Assembly: GCA_965242915.1 (NCBI GenBank)
Contig: CBDETN010000028.1
Span: forward strand, 230,518-294,517
DNA: 64,000 nt
Source: Arcobacteraceae bacterium
GTDB taxonomy: Bacteria; Campylobacterota; Campylobacteria; Campylobacterales; Arcobacteraceae
Direction of reading: 5' to 3'
In this document: piece by piece, positions 48,171-59,583 of the stretch
How the letters are laid out: every line of letters begins with the position of its first letter
How positions within the stretch are numbered: the stretch's first letter is position 1
Translations under genes and position numbers: made by a program
The notes under the pieces: generated by a model
Seen by the model: only the letters and a program-made list of their open reading frames with translations
The model's database searches: none
Told to the model about the DNA's origin: nothing

Positions 48171-48614
48171 ATGTTAGATGTAGTAGAGATTCAGAAAATA
48201 CTTCCTCATCGTTATCCATTTTTACTTGTAGATAAAGTTACAAGTATGAATGAGGGCGAAGATATAATCGCCTACAAAAATGTTTCAATTAGTGAGCCCG
48301 TATTTCAAGGACACTTCCCTGACCATCCAATATACCCCGGTGTTATGATAGTTGAAGGTATGGCACAAGCCGGCGGAATACTTGCTTTTAAAAGTGGCGG
48401 CTATACTGAAGAAGAGATTAAAGACAAAGTTATGTACTTTATGAGTATTGATGGTGCGAAATTTAGAGTTCCTGTGAAACCGGGGGATAGATTGGAATAT
48501 AGAATAAAAGTTCTTAAGCAAAGAAAAACTCTTATAGTTTTAGGGGCGAAAGCCTATGTAGATGATACATTGGTAGCTGAAGCTGAACTAAAAGCAATGA
48601 TAGTTGATAAGTAG
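48171..48614 (+). CDS. fabZ: 3-hydroxyacyl-ACP dehydratase
   Basis: [13 protein letters not shown], hot-dog fold. Confidence 0.95.
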   Translation: MLDVVEIQKILPHRYPFLLVDKVTSMNEGEDIIAYKNVSISEPVFQGHFPDHPIYPGVMIVEGMAQAGGILAFKSGGYTEEEIKDKVMYFMSIDGAKFRVPVKPGDRLEYRIKVLKQRKTLIVLGAKAYVDDTLVAEAELKAMIVDK

Positions 48615-48618
48615 TTAA

Positions 48619-49407
48619 ATGGGAAATATTCACTCAACAGCGATTATAGAAGAGGGAGCAAAAATAGGGGCAAATGTAACTATTGGAGCTTTTACTGTAA
48701 TTGGCGGTAAGGTTATTATCGGTGATGGTACTACTGTAGGAAGTCATACTTTAATAGATGGTTGTACTACCATTGGAAAAGATAATAAAATTTTCTCTCA
48801 TGCAGTATTAGGTACGATTCCACAGGATTTAAAATTTAATGGCGAAGAAACAGAACTTATCATTGGTGATAATAATACGATTAGGGAACATACTTTAATA
48901 AATACAGGAACAGCCGGCGGCGGGTATAAAACTATCATTGGTAATGGCTGCTTACTTATGGGTCATGTTCATATCGGGCATGATTGTATCTTGGCTGATA
49001 ATATTGTTGTAGCAAACAGCTGTGCAATTGCAGGTCATGTAGAGATTGATGACAATGTAGTTGTTGGCGGTATGAGTGCCATTCATCAATTTTGTAAAAT
49101 TGGAGAATCATCTATGGTAGGCGGAGGGTCTATTTTAGTTCAAGATATTCCTCCATTTTGTATTTGTGAGGGAAATCGTGCGGTTTTGAGAAGCTTAAAT
49201 ATCAATGGTCTTAGAAGAAGATTTAAAGATAGAAGTGATATAGATGCTATACGAAAAGCATATAAAGAAATTTTTGAATCGGGATTTTCAATAACAGATG
49301 TTGCAAATGAAATTTTACAAAAGAGTGATAACAAATATGCAAAACAATTAGCACAAGCAGTAGCTGATACAAAAAGAGGAATACCTTTTATAAGGAAAGA
49401 AAGATAA
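48619..49407 (+). CDS. lpxA: UDP-N-acetylglucosamine O-acyltransferase
   Basis: Hexapeptide-repeat left-handed beta-helix. [14 protein letters not shown]. Confidence 0.9.
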   Translation: MGNIHSTAIIEEGAKIGANVTIGAFTVIGGKVIIGDGTTVGSHTLIDGCTTIGKDNKIFSHAVLGTIPQDLKFNGEETELIIGDNNTIREHTLINTGTAGGGYKTIIGNGCLLMGHVHIGHDCILADNIVVANSCAIAGHVEIDDNVVVGGMSAIHQFCKIGESSMVGGGSILVQDIPPFCICEGNRAVLRSLNINGLRRRFKDRSDIDAIRKAYKEIFESGFSITDVANEILQKSDNKYAKQLAQAVADTKRGIPFIRKER

Positions 49408-50642
49408 TGCAGAAAAAATTAATTTGTGATTTTTGTGGTGTTGACGACAGTTCAAATAATCCTATAATATCAGGAGACAATGCGGCTATTTGCCAAAGTT
49501 GTGCCAAAGAAGCTTATGAGATAATTAACAGTCACAAAGATGAAACCCAAATAGATGTAATGGAAACAAAATCTAAAGTTAATAAAGAAAAAGAAAATAT
49601 TAGTATTTTGACACCAAAAGAGCTAAAGGCCATTTTAGATGATTATATTATAGGACAGGAAAAGGCTAAAAAAGTTTTAAGTGTGGCTGTCTATAATCAC
49701 TATAAACGAATTTTTAAAGGTAAAAATTCAAAAGATGATACTGAGCTTCAAAAATCAAATGTACTTTTAATAGGACCTACAGGAAGTGGGAAAACACTTT
49801 TAGCTCAAACTATTGCAAATCATATAGATGTACCTTTTGCTATTGCTGATGCTACAAGTTTAACGGAAGCAGGATATGTTGGTGATGATGTGGAAAATAT
49901 TGTAACCAGACTTATTCAAGCAGCTGACGGTGATATTAAAAAGGCTGAGCAAGGTATTATTTTTATTGATGAGATTGATAAAATAGCACGAATGAGTGAA
50001 AATAGAAGTATCACCAGAGATGTAAGCGGAGAAGGTGTTCAGCAAGCTTTACTTAAGATTATTGAAGGGAGCAGTATAAATGTTCCCCCCAAAGGTGGTA
50101 GAAAACACCCCGGACAAGAATCTATTAGTCTTGATACTACGAATGTATTGTTTATTTGCGGCGGTGCGTTTGATGGAATGAAAGATATTATTTCTAAAAG
50201 ACAAGGTGGCAATGTACTTGGATTCAATCAACAAAAAAAGACTAAAAAAGAGCAAGATGATATTATAGGATTGATAGAAGCGGATGATTTAGTGAAATAT
50301 GGTTTAATTCCTGAACTTGTCGGCAGGCTTCATATGATTGCAACTTTAGAAGAGATTGATGAAGATGCAATGATTCATATTTTGACAGAACCTAAAAATG
50401 CTTTGGTTAAACAATATTCTAAGCTTTTTGGCATGGATGAGGTGAAGTTAAAATTTGACAAACCGTCATTAAAAGAGATTGCAGTTAAAGCAATTGAAAG
50501 AAAAACAGGAGCACGAGGGTTGAGATCGATTTTGGAAGAGGTGATGTTGGATATTATGTATGAACTTCCAGAATATAAAAATAAAACTATAACTATCACA
50601 AAAGATGTAGTTAATAAAATTAAAAAGCCCAAAGTGGCATAA
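49407..50642 (+). CDS. clpX: ATP-dependent Clp protease ATP-binding subunit ClpX
   Basis: N-terminal Zn-binding CDFCG..CQSC, Walker [12 protein letters not shown]-loop region. Confidence 0.95.
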   Translation: MQKKLICDFCGVDDSSNNPIISGDNAAICQSCAKEAYEIINSHKDETQIDVMETKSKVNKEKENISILTPKELKAILDDYIIGQEKAKKVLSVAVYNHYKRIFKGKNSKDDTELQKSNVLLIGPTGSGKTLLAQTIANHIDVPFAIADATSLTEAGYVGDDVENIVTRLIQAADGDIKKAEQGIIFIDEIDKIARMSENRSITRDVSGEGVQQALLKIIEGSSINVPPKGGRKHPGQESISLDTTNVLFICGGAFDGMKDIISKRQGGNVLGFNQQKKTKKEQDDIIGLIEADDLVKYGLIPELVGRLHMIATLEEIDEDAMIHILTEPKNALVKQYSKLFGMDEVKLKFDKPSLKEIAVKAIERKTGARGLRSILEEVMLDIMYELPEYKNKTITITKDVVNKIKKPKVA

Positions 50643-50660
50643 AACTAATAAGGGGAAACA

Positions 50661-51692
50661 ATGTTTTTAGATAAATTTATAGGTTTATTTTCAAAAGATA
50701 TGGCAATTGACTTAGGGACTGCTAATACTGTAGTATCACTAAAAGGCGAGGGAATAATCATAAATGAACCATCAGTCGTTGCAGTACAACATGATAGATA
50801 TGGCAGAGATAGAATACTTGCAGTCGGTAGTGAAGCTAAAATGATGATTGGTAAAACTCCTATGAATATTCAAGCAGTACGACCAATGAGAGACGGAGTT
50901 ATTGCAGATTTTGAAATGACTGAGCGAATGATAAGATATTTTATAGAAAAAGCACATAACAGAAAATCATTTTTAAGACCTAGAATTATTATTTGTATCC
51001 CTCACGGTATTACACAAGTTGAAAGAAAAGCTGTAAAAGAATCTGCTTTAAGTGCAGGAGCTAGAGAAGTTTATCTTGTAGATGAGCCAATGGCAGCAGC
51101 TATTGGTGCGGGGATTCCAGTGAGTAGTCCTGATGGTTATGTTGTAGTTGATATTGGTGGAGGGACTACTGAAATTGGTGTAACTTCACTTGGCGGACTT
51201 GTAATTAGTAAGTCTATCAAAGTAGCTGGTGATAGATTTGATAAGGCAATTATTGATTATGTAAGACAAAATTTCAATCTATTTATAGGTGAACGAACTG
51301 CAGAAACTATTAAAATAGAAATAGGAACTGCTGTTAAATTACCTAAAGATCTTGTAATAAAAGTAAAAGGTAGAGATAGCAGCGGATTGCTTTCAACCAT
51401 TGAACTTGATAGTGAAGGTGTGAGAGCAGCTTTAAAAGAACCTTTAAAAGAGATGGTTTTGGCTGTAAGACAAGTTCTTGAAGAGATGCCGCCGGATTTA
51501 GCCGGTGATGTTGTTGACAATGGTATTGTGCTAACCGGTGGCGGAGCTTTAATTAGAGGAATTGATACATATATAGCAACAGAAGTAAAACTTCCGGTAA
51601 GAGTAGCAGATGAACCACTTCTTGCTGTTGCATACGGTACAAGTAAAGTTTTAGATGAGGAGAATCTTTTAAAACTAATTTCTAATGAGTAA
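50661..51692 (+). CDS. mreB: rod-shape determining protein MreB
   Basis: MAIDLGTANTVV actin-like N-terminus. Confidence 0.95.
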   Translation: MFLDKFIGLFSKDMAIDLGTANTVVSLKGEGIIINEPSVVAVQHDRYGRDRILAVGSEAKMMIGKTPMNIQAVRPMRDGVIADFEMTERMIRYFIEKAHNRKSFLRPRIIICIPHGITQVERKAVKESALSAGAREVYLVDEPMAAAIGAGIPVSSPDGYVVVDIGGGTTEIGVTSLGGLVISKSIKVAGDRFDKAIIDYVRQNFNLFIGERTAETIKIEIGTAVKLPKDLVIKVKGRDSSGLLSTIELDSEGVRAALKEPLKEMVLAVRQVLEEMPPDLAGDVVDNGIVLTGGGALIRGIDTYIATEVKLPVRVADEPLLAVAYGTSKVLDEENLLKLISNE

Positions 51693-52434
51693 AAAGTTTT
51701 TTTTTAGTTTTTTTTTACTGTTAATCTTTATATCTTATGTATTCAACATTGATAAATTAATCTCACATAAATTATCAGTCTTGAATATGAATATTAAAGA
51801 TTCGTATGTATCAACTTTTATTATTATTGAAAATTATTTGTCTAAACATTTTAATCAGGCAAATCAAATTGTACAATTAAAACATCAAGTTTCTAAAAAT
51901 GAAAAATATAAAATTTTATATTTAAAAAATCAAAATCAGAAAAACACTGTTTCAGATGATTTTTTAGATACAGCAAAAGTAATATCTTATATTGATTTTA
52001 ATAATTTTTCTAAAGTTTTATTAAAAGTAGCAAAGAAGATTGATAATATATCTGCACTTATAACCAATGATGGATATAGTGCTGGAATTATGATAAAAGA
52101 GAATTCACAATATATAGGATTGTTAAATCATAATGAAAAATCGAACTATGCTGTTTTTATAGGTGAAAACCTAGTCCCGGGAATTACCCATGGAGATTAT
52201 CCTAATGAAAATATTATAGTTAAATATATCCCTATATGGAAAGATATAAAAATAAATGATGAAGTGATCACAAGTGGTATGGATAATATTTTTTACAAAG
52301 GTGTAAAAGTTGGTTTCGTAGTTAAAATAAATAAGTTATCTACAACTCAAGAGGCTATCGTGAAACCTTATGCAAATGTATATAAAGAGAATGCTTTTTA
52401 TTTATACACTAAAGATGGAAATACTAGTAATTAG
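51685..52434 (+). CDS. mreC: rod-shape determining protein MreC
   Basis: TM anchor plus C-terminal beta domain. Gene order follows mreB with 8-nt overlap. Confidence 0.7.
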   Translation: MSKKFFFSFFLLLIFISYVFNIDKLISHKLSVLNMNIKDSYVSTFIIIENYLSKHFNQANQIVQLKHQVSKNEKYKILYLKNQNQKNTVSDDFLDTAKVISYIDFNNFSKVLLKVAKKIDNISALITNDGYSAGIMIKENSQYIGLLNHNEKSNYAVFIGENLVPGITHGDYPNENIIVKYIPIWKDIKINDEVITSGMDNIFYKGVKVGFVVKINKLSTTQEAIVKPYANVYKENAFYLYTKDGNTSN

Positions 52435-53041
52435 CCATTATTTTATCAACATTTTCCCACGATAAAGTGTCATCTTCTTTTTTAAATATATTAAATACAT
52501 ATCTAGCAAACATATCTGTTTCAATATTAACTTGACTTCTGACTTTATATGTTTTAAAAAGTGTATTATCAATAGTATGAGGAATGATAGTAAGTCTAAA
52601 ACTGTTTTTTTTACTATCTACATCATTTACTGTCAAACTAATACCATCAACAGTAATAGAACCTTTTGGTATCACAAATTTTATAAATTCTTTTGGCAAT
52701 TTAATGATAAAATCTGTTGAATTCCCATTATTATTTATAGATATAACTTCCCCTATACAATCAACATGACCTTGAACTATATGACCTTCAAATCTATCAC
52801 CCATCATCATAGCAGGTTCAATATGAACTTGATTTTTATAATTTTGCATAGCTAGAGTTTTTTGTGATTCTGGAGATAACTCTACACTAAACTGACCATT
52901 ATTTATTTTAACAGCAGTTAAGCAGGCACCATTTATGGCAATGCTATCTCCAATTTTTGGTTTATAATTTGCTTTTAAAGTTAAAACATTATTAGATAAA
53001 CTAACTACTGTTGCTATCTCTCTTATAAGTCCTGTAAACAT
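52424..53041 (-). CDS. ribE: riboflavin synthase alpha subunit
   Basis: MFTGLIREIATV and internal-repeat architecture. Confidence 0.85.
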   Translation of the reverse strand: MFTGLIREIATVVSLSNNVLTLKANYKPKIGDSIAINGACLTAVKINNGQFSVELSPESQKTLAMQNYKNQVHIEPAMMMGDRFEGHIVQGHVDCIGEVISINNNGNSTDFIIKLPKEFIKFVIPKGSITVDGISLTVNDVDSKKNSFRLTIIPHTIDNTLFKTYKVRSQVNIETDMFARYVFNIFKKEDDTLSWENVDKIMANY

Positions 53042-53057
53042 TATCTATCCTATTTGC

Positions 53058-53435
53058 TTAATTGTCATTTGCCATATTACATTTAGCACATATGCCTTTG
53101 ATTATAATATTGTCAATTATATATTTATCTAAAGAAAAATGTGGATAATCTTTTATACACTCTACTTTGTTACATAATGTGCATATAAAGTGTGCATGCG
53201 GTGCTTTTTGTATCTCAAAGTACCTTTTTTTATCATTTGACTCAAAACTGTTTATTAAGTTTTGTTCTTCAAATTTTGTAATATTTCTATAAAATGTTGC
53301 TTTATCCATTGATATCTTATCTTTAATATCATCATAACATAAAGGTTTATTTGATAATAATAAAATCTCAAGTATTGATTTTCGCGCAGGGGTTAATTTG
53401 ATATTTTTATTTTCTAATATTTGATCTAAATTCAT
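53058..53435 (-). CDS. Fur-family regulator (Zur candidate)
   Basis: 125 aa, winged helix plus HAHFICTLC and C-terminal CAKC metal sites. Divergent from the znuA-like gene. Confidence 0.7.
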   Translation of the reverse strand: MNLDQILENKNIKLTPARKSILEILLLSNKPLCYDDIKDKISMDKATFYRNITKFEEQNLINSFESNDKKRYFEIQKAPHAHFICTLCNKVECIKDYPHFSLDKYIIDNIIIKGICAKCNMANDN

Positions 53436-53486
53436 TGGTGCATTATATCGTAAATAAGTTTATGAAAAAGCAAATTTTTTATATTG

Positions 53487-53501
53487 TGCGACTAAGTTGC
53501 A
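53487..53501. promoter_or_regulatory. palindrome TGCGACTAAGTTGCA
   Basis: 52 nt upstream of the Fur-family gene start. Confidence 0.5.
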
Positions 53502-53539
53502 TTTAAGCAACTATAGTATAAAATTTTAAAAAATTGAAA

Positions 53540-53554
53540 TGCAACTAAGTTGCG
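53540..53554. promoter_or_regulatory. palindrome TGCAACTAAGTTGCG
   Basis: 17 nt upstream of the znuA ATG, overlapping the promoter/RBS-proximal region. Confidence 0.5.
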
Positions 53555-53570
53555 AAGAAAAAGGAACAAT

Positions 53571-54470
53571 ATGAAAAAATCATTCTTAATGATACTGTTT
53601 TTAAGTAGTTTTGCTTATGCAAAGATAAATACCGTGGTGAGCATAATGCCTCAAAAGTTTTTTGTAGAATCTATTGGCGGTGATAAAATAAATGTAAGTT
53701 TAATGGTAAAGCCCGGTAATTCTCCTCATGCTTATACGCCAAAACCATCACAAATGAAAGATATAGCAAAAGCGGATATTTATTTCTCAATAGGCGTTGA
53801 ATTTGAAAATGCTTGGCTTCCTAGATTTCAAAGTCAAAATACAGATATGAAAATAATAGATATTTCTAATGGAATTACTAAAATTGCTATGAAACAACAT
53901 TCTCATCATGAAGAAGAACATGAAGAACATGAAGAACATGAAGAACATGAAGAACATGATCACAATGATCATGCAGATAATCAACATGAAAGTAAAGATC
54001 CTCATATTTGGACAAGTCCAAAAAATGTAAAAGTTATTGCTAAAAATATTTATACTGCATTAGTAAAGTTAGATTATCAAAATAAAAGCTACTATAAAAA
54101 GAATTTTGACAAATTTATAAATCATATTAATCAAACAGATAAAAAGATAAAAGATATTTTATCGAATATAAAACCAAACTCGAAATTTATGGTATTTCAT
54201 CCAGCTTGGGGATATTTTGCAAAGCAATATAATTTAGAACAATTTTCAATAGAGATAGAAGGTAAAACTCCAAAACCAAAAGAATTAGCTTTTATTATGG
54301 AAGAAGCTAGAGAGGAGAATATAAAAGCAATATTTACACAGCCTGAATTTTCTGCCAAGTCTGCTAATCAAATTGCAAAAGAATTAAATATAAAAGTGAT
54401 CAAAACCAGTCCGCTTGCATTTAATTGGTCACAAAACTTAATAAATTTGGCACAAGCTATAGCAAATTAA
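53571..54470 (+). CDS. znuA: zinc ABC transporter periplasmic binding protein ZnuA-like
   Basis: Start trimmed to ATG 53571 (AAGGAA RBS). Signal peptide, cluster-9 TroA-like fold, His/Glu-rich loop HSHHEEEHEEHEEHEEHEEHDHNDH. Confidence 0.8.
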   Translation: MKKSFLMILFLSSFAYAKINTVVSIMPQKFFVESIGGDKINVSLMVKPGNSPHAYTPKPSQMKDIAKADIYFSIGVEFENAWLPRFQSQNTDMKIIDISNGITKIAMKQHSHHEEEHEEHEEHEEHEEHDHNDHADNQHESKDPHIWTSPKNVKVIAKNIYTALVKLDYQNKSYYKKNFDKFINHINQTDKKIKDILSNIKPNSKFMVFHPAWGYFAKQYNLEQFSIEIEGKTPKPKELAFIMEEAREENIKAIFTQPEFSAKSANQIAKELNIKVIKTSPLAFNWSQNLINLAQAIAN

Positions 54471-54522
54471 ATACCTATATAATTAACAATATACTATAAT
54501 TGCATAATTTATAAAAAGGTGC

Positions 54523-56430
54523 TTGATGAATAATCAAATATATGATGTAATTGTAGTTGGCGGCGGTCATGCGGGTATAGAATCTGCATTGGCAACAGCT
54601 AGAATGGGTAAAAAAACACTTCTTATTACAATGCTGGTAGAACAAATAGGCGCAGCTAGTTGTAATCCTGCCATTGGTGGACTTGCAAAAGGGCATTTAG
54701 TTAGAGAACTTGACGCACTTGGCGGTCAAATGGGATTATGTACGGACGCTACTGGTATTCAATTTCGTATTTTAAATGCTTCTAAAGGAGCTGCTGTACA
54801 AGGTAGTCGTGCTCAAATTGATATGGATGCATATAGACAATATATGAAACATATTTGTTTAAATACTGCTAATTTAGAAGTATATCAAGATGAGGTATCA
54901 AAATTATTAGTTAATGATTTTGAAGTTAATGGTGTTGAAACTAAGCTTGGAGAGACTTTTGAAGCTAAAAAAGTTATTTTAACTACAGGTACTTTTATGA
55001 AAGGGCTTATCCATATTGGAGAAAAAACTTATGAAGCAGGTCGTGCTTGGGAGTTTCCATCTTCTACTTTATCTACACAATTAAAAGATTTAGGATTAAA
55101 TGTTGGTCGATTAAAAACTGGAACTCCGGCAAGACTTGATGGAAAATCGATTGATTTTTCAAATATGGAACAACACGGCGGAGATGAAAATCCGGCACCG
55201 TTTAGCTTTAGAACCGACAAAGAAACTTTTAACCCTAAACAAAAACCATGTTACATAACATATACAAATATTAAAACTCATGAAAATATTAGAAGTAATT
55301 TTGAACGAGCTCCTCTTTTTACAGGGCAAATTGAAGGAACAGGTCCAAGATATTGCCCAAGTATTGAAGATAAAGTGAATAGATTTGCCGAGAGAGACAG
55401 ACATCAATTATTTTTAGAACCACAAACTTTATCATGTGAAGAGTACTATATAAATGGACTTAGTTCATCTCTTCCAATTGATGTGCAAAAAACTATGATC
55501 CATTCTATAGAAGGATTAGAAAATGCCAAAATTGTAAGGTATGGTTATGCTATAGAGTATGATTATATCGACCCAACTGAACTATACCATACACTTGAAA
55601 CTAAAAAAGTTAAAAATCTTTATTTAGCAGGGCAGATTAACGCAACTACCGGATATGAAGAAGCGGCGGCTCAAGGATTAATGGCTGGGATAAATGCAGG
55701 GCTTTCAATCGATAATAAAGAACCTTTTGTTTTAAGAAGAGATGAGAGTTATATTGGCGTTTTAATTGATGATTTAGTAACGAAAGGTACAAATGAACCT
55801 TATAGAATGTTTACAAGTCGTGCTGAATATAGACTTTTTTTAAGAGAAGAGAGTGCGGATTTAAGATTGATGGAGTATGGACATAATTTTGGATTAATCG
55901 ATGATGAAGCTTATAATAAAATGATTCATAAAAAGAAAACTATAAATGATGCTGTTGCATTTATGGAAAATGAATGGTTTACCCCTAAAAAAGAAAACCT
56001 GGCATTATTGGAAAAACTTGGAGAAGATAAAATATCTGATAGAACTTTATTGATTGATGTAGTGGGTAGAAATACTATTTCAAGTGATAAGTTTGACGAA
56101 CTCGTTCCCTCTTTAAAAGATACTGATAGTTATCTAAAAGAGCAGATTATTACTGAAGCAAAATATTATCGATATGTTATTAAACAAAAAAAACAGGTTG
56201 AAAAAATGAAAAAATTACTAAATCTTAAAATACCAAAAGATTTTATTTATGATGATTTACCGGGGCTTTCAACTGAAATAATTGAAAAATTCAAAAAATT
56301 TAATCCTCCGACTTTATTTAATGCTTCGCAAATAAGCGGAGTAACTCCAAGTGCTATAGATATTTTACATTTAAATATTGACACATATTGTAAGACACAA
56401 AAAAGATTGATATTGGACAAGAAAGATTGA
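54523..56430 (+). CDS. mnmG: tRNA uridine 5-carboxymethylaminomethyl modification enzyme MnmG (GidA)
   Basis: 635 aa. FAD motif [14 protein letters not shown]. Confidence 0.95.
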   Translation: MMNNQIYDVIVVGGGHAGIESALATARMGKKTLLITMLVEQIGAASCNPAIGGLAKGHLVRELDALGGQMGLCTDATGIQFRILNASKGAAVQGSRAQIDMDAYRQYMKHICLNTANLEVYQDEVSKLLVNDFEVNGVETKLGETFEAKKVILTTGTFMKGLIHIGEKTYEAGRAWEFPSSTLSTQLKDLGLNVGRLKTGTPARLDGKSIDFSNMEQHGGDENPAPFSFRTDKETFNPKQKPCYITYTNIKTHENIRSNFERAPLFTGQIEGTGPRYCPSIEDKVNRFAERDRHQLFLEPQTLSCEEYYINGLSSSLPIDVQKTMIHSIEGLENAKIVRYGYAIEYDYIDPTELYHTLETKKVKNLYLAGQINATTGYEEAAAQGLMAGINAGLSIDNKEPFVLRRDESYIGVLIDDLVTKGTNEPYRMFTSRAEYRLFLREESADLRLMEYGHNFGLIDDEAYNKMIHKKKTINDAVAFMENEWFTPKKENLALLEKLGEDKISDRTLLIDVVGRNTISSDKFDELVPSLKDTDSYLKEQIITEAKYYRYVIKQKKQVEKMKKLLNLKIPKDFIYDDLPGLSTEIIEKFKKFNPPTLFNASQISGVTPSAIDILHLNIDTYCKTQKRLILDKKD

Positions 56431-56469
56431 TATTATGTTTAATAAAGTTTGATATTGAGATGAAATAAA

Positions 56470-58179
56470 ATGGCAAAATCTAATCGTGTAATTCCAGAAT
56501 TTATGGCTGAAAACCCAGATGATACTTTTAGAATAATTATGCCATTAAATTTGGAAATTGATTTTGAGAATTATGGCAATAGTCATTTCAATGTTATAGT
56601 AAGAAATATAACTAAAAAAGAAGACTTCTTATTTGAAATGTCACCAGAGTTATTATTTACACATTATCCTGTAGAAAAGTATTTTATAAATGGTAAATTA
56701 GATAAAAATAGTATTAATCCTAATATATATGAAGATACATTTTTAATAAATACTAATATATCATCTCAGGAATCAGCTATAAAAATATCAGAAATTCTTC
56801 CTGAAAAAAATATAGTCTCTTTATTAGGTTGGAAAAGAGATTTTATAGGTAAGGCTGAGAATATTTATTGCTGTCTTATAAAGCAAGATGATATAACTAT
56901 AATAATACCACATTATGCTATAGCGATATATTACTACTATAGATTTACTCAATTAAGAGAAGCTGTATTAAATTGTAATTTAGGCGATTTATCTGCTGGA
57001 TGTATTTGTGATAAAAATAATGCTTCTATATTATTATCAGAACCTAGAACAGATATTGATGCAGCTTTTATACATAGATTTAACTGTCAAGAAGAAGCAA
57101 AAAAAGGCTTTGAGGATATTGGAAGATTTATAAATAATTATTTAAGATATATGAAAGACAATCATCCTAAAGAAAAAGTAGAACATCTACCTATAAAAGC
57201 AATATTCCCAGTAAAAGGAGAGTTTGAAATAAATGCCAGAGTCTCAAAACTCATAAATGAAAATACCAATGAAACATATCATTTTATATATGAGATACTT
57301 GGTGATACTTCTGATATAGGATTTAATAAGTTTACCAAAAAGATTCATAGAAAAACAGTTTCAACTGAAATCAATAACTTAGAAGATCTTGCTAAAGTTC
57401 AACGAGAAATACCAGGAGCAACTACTCAAATACTTAAAAGAGTTAATGCAACGAAAGAATATACACAAAATAAAGTTACAAAAAATAGAAAGAAATCTTG
57501 TAGCAGTTTGGATAATGTAGAAGTAGAAACCAATAATCTTACTGATGAGGAAACTATTCAAATATTTAAAATATATGAAGATTCTTTATCAAATGAAGCA
57601 GTAGATCAAAGCTTAACAGACTCTCAAACTAGTGGAGAAAAAACTGTGAGGAAAACTGTAGTATCTAGTAGTTTTGAAGAAAAGAAAAAAGAAATTATGC
57701 CAAAAGAATATGTACATAATTTTGATGAGTTTAATCAATATATGTCACATTTAGAAAAAACACAAATGGTTGAAAATTTTTGTTTATATGGGGTACAGGA
57801 ATTAGATAAAGTTGTTGATAAAGATACAGAAAAACCTAATAAAAAATGTATTATCAAAGGAAGAGCTAGACAATATATTACTTGCACATTTAAATACAAT
57901 AATTTATATGCAGGATTATTAGAATTAGAAAATGGCACAAATGCATCATCAAGCACTTGGGTAATAGTTTCTACAAGCATTATTAATAAGAATGTATTTG
58001 ATGAGTTTTTATTTCATTATCTTAATGATAATTATTCTATTTCAGCTATAAAAGATTTATATAATGAAGATACCAATCTTAGATTTAGTAAAAAGAATCA
58101 TACAAAAAATGATAATTTGCAAGAAGATGATAAAATTCTATGGTTAGGCGGATTATTAGGGAAAATTAATATTAACTAA
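56470..58179 (+). CDS. uncharacterised 569-aa protein (island cargo)
   Basis: Long ORF with good coding statistics. No motif recognised. Confidence 0.5.
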   Translation: MAKSNRVIPEFMAENPDDTFRIIMPLNLEIDFENYGNSHFNVIVRNITKKEDFLFEMSPELLFTHYPVEKYFINGKLDKNSINPNIYEDTFLINTNISSQESAIKISEILPEKNIVSLLGWKRDFIGKAENIYCCLIKQDDITIIIPHYAIAIYYYYRFTQLREAVLNCNLGDLSAGCICDKNNASILLSEPRTDIDAAFIHRFNCQEEAKKGFEDIGRFINNYLRYMKDNHPKEKVEHLPIKAIFPVKGEFEINARVSKLINENTNETYHFIYEILGDTSDIGFNKFTKKIHRKTVSTEINNLEDLAKVQREIPGATTQILKRVNATKEYTQNKVTKNRKKSCSSLDNVEVETNNLTDEETIQIFKIYEDSLSNEAVDQSLTDSQTSGEKTVRKTVVSSSFEEKKKEIMPKEYVHNFDEFNQYMSHLEKTQMVENFCLYGVQELDKVVDKDTEKPNKKCIIKGRARQYITCTFKYNNLYAGLLELENGTNASSSTWVIVSTSIINKNVFDEFLFHYLNDNYSISAIKDLYNEDTNLRFSKKNHTKNDNLQEDDKILWLGGLLGKININ

Positions 58180-58193
58180 CAAAGTTTACTAAA

Positions 58194-59228
58194 TTATTTT
58201 TTATCCTTAACTTTATTACTAAAATAAACAAAAAAGAATATTATAAATCCAACAAACATAAAAAAACTTATAGAGTTTCTATTATAAGATATCCAGTCAC
58301 CTAATTCTGAAAATATAGATGGAACTTTTGATAACCAACTTACCACTTCTAATAATAAAGCTATAAAAAGAACTCCAAATATTAATAATGCCTTTGCATC
58401 TGGTACAGGTATAGATGTTCTTTTTTTAGGTTTTTTCATTCTATTTTGTTCTACATTACTTCGTTTAACTTCTGTCTTTTTTGAAGTTTGAAAACTTTGT
58501 ATTGAAGATGTACAACTTTGACTAGATTGTATTTCATTAGAGTTTTCTTTTTCACAATCTTCAGACTTGACTAATGGTGTAATATTTTCATTTGTAAGTT
58601 CTTTATTCTTAAACTGTATTATTGTAGCTGTAATATGAAAAGTATTTGAACTCGATGTTGTTCCAGATGAATGACCTCTAGAAGTAGTTGAAACTTTCCC
58701 ATAAACTTCAGTAGATATATTACTACTATTTAATACTATAGCATCAGCATTTAATTTATATGCATTCATATAAATCTCAAACATTGCTATACTTTTATCT
58801 TCATCCTCAACATCAATAGTATCTAAAAGAATGTGTTCTTGGGTTTTAAATTCATTTAAAAGTGGATATTGTTTTTTAAACCAAGTATTAATTGATAATA
58901 TTCTTTGGTGTTCTTCTGTTTCATCTTCATTTGGTTTAATTAGTATCCCAATAATAATCATTATTACAACAGTAGAGATACATATAGTCCAAGATCCCAT
59001 AAATAATCCAATTATAAATCCAAAGATACTAAAAAGTAGTAATGTTCCTAGGCTATTTTGTTTAGATTTAGTTATTATTGGTTCTAATGTTAATATTTCA
59101 TCTCCATAAATCTTTGGTTGATTATTTAATGGTTCTTTATTTATTACTGGTACAAAACAATTATTACAGTATCCATCTTGCATTTCTATTGCACTATAAA
59201 CTTCATTACATTCTTTACACATTCCCAT
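58194..59228 (-). CDS. membrane protein: N-terminal zinc ribbon, TM hairpin, YbjQ/DUF74-like domain, Ser/Thr-rich linker, C-terminal TM pair
   Basis: CKECN..CNNC zinc ribbon. ADAIVLNSSNISTEVYGK..FHITATIIQF resembles the YbjQ heavy-metal-binding-like fold. Confidence 0.45.
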   Translation of the reverse strand: MGMCKECNEVYSAIEMQDGYCNNCFVPVINKEPLNNQPKIYGDEILTLEPIITKSKQNSLGTLLLFSIFGFIIGLFMGSWTICISTVVIMIIIGILIKPNEDETEEHQRILSINTWFKKQYPLLNEFKTQEHILLDTIDVEDEDKSIAMFEIYMNAYKLNADAIVLNSSNISTEVYGKVSTTSRGHSSGTTSSSNTFHITATIIQFKNKELTNENITPLVKSEDCEKENSNEIQSSQSCTSSIQSFQTSKKTEVKRSNVEQNRMKKPKKRTSIPVPDAKALLIFGVLFIALLLEVVSWLSKVPSIFSELGDWISYNRNSISFFMFVGFIIFFFVYFSNKVKDKK

Positions 59229-59309
59229 TGTATATTTCCTCTAATATATTAGATTGAGAAAGAAAGCATAACACAATACACTTAATAATCTAATATATTA
59301 GGGTATAAA

Positions 59310-59564
59310 ATGAAAGATATAGAAGAGTTAGCAGATAACTTTGCAGAAGAATTACACAAAAGAATAGGTCAAAATGTTAAAAGATTACGAAAAGATAAAA
59401 ATATATCTCAATTGAAATTAGCACATGCAATTGGATATAAATCCGTTTGCGTTATCTCTAGTGCTGAAATATATTATAAAAATATACATTTTAATATTGA
59501 ACATTTAGCAAAAATGGCTTATGTTTTAGATGTTGATATATGTGAGTTTTTTAAAATGCAATAA
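59310..59564 (+). CDS. XRE-family HTH transcriptional regulator
   Basis: KRLRKDKNISQLKLAHAIG helix-turn-helix. Confidence 0.7.
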   Translation: MKDIEELADNFAEELHKRIGQNVKRLRKDKNISQLKLAHAIGYKSVCVISSAEIYYKNIHFNIEHLAKMAYVLDVDICEFFKMQ

Positions 59565-59583
59565 AATTTCTTTCAACTTTTAT

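Noticed and set aside
56403-56458. Three TTGATATT-containing direct repeats spaced about 21-22 bp at the mnmG 3' end and island junction
   Set aside because: The first two lie inside the mnmG coding sequence (codons KRLILDKKD). Without a comparison genome I cannot distinguish integrase arm sites from coincidence in A/T-rich sequence.
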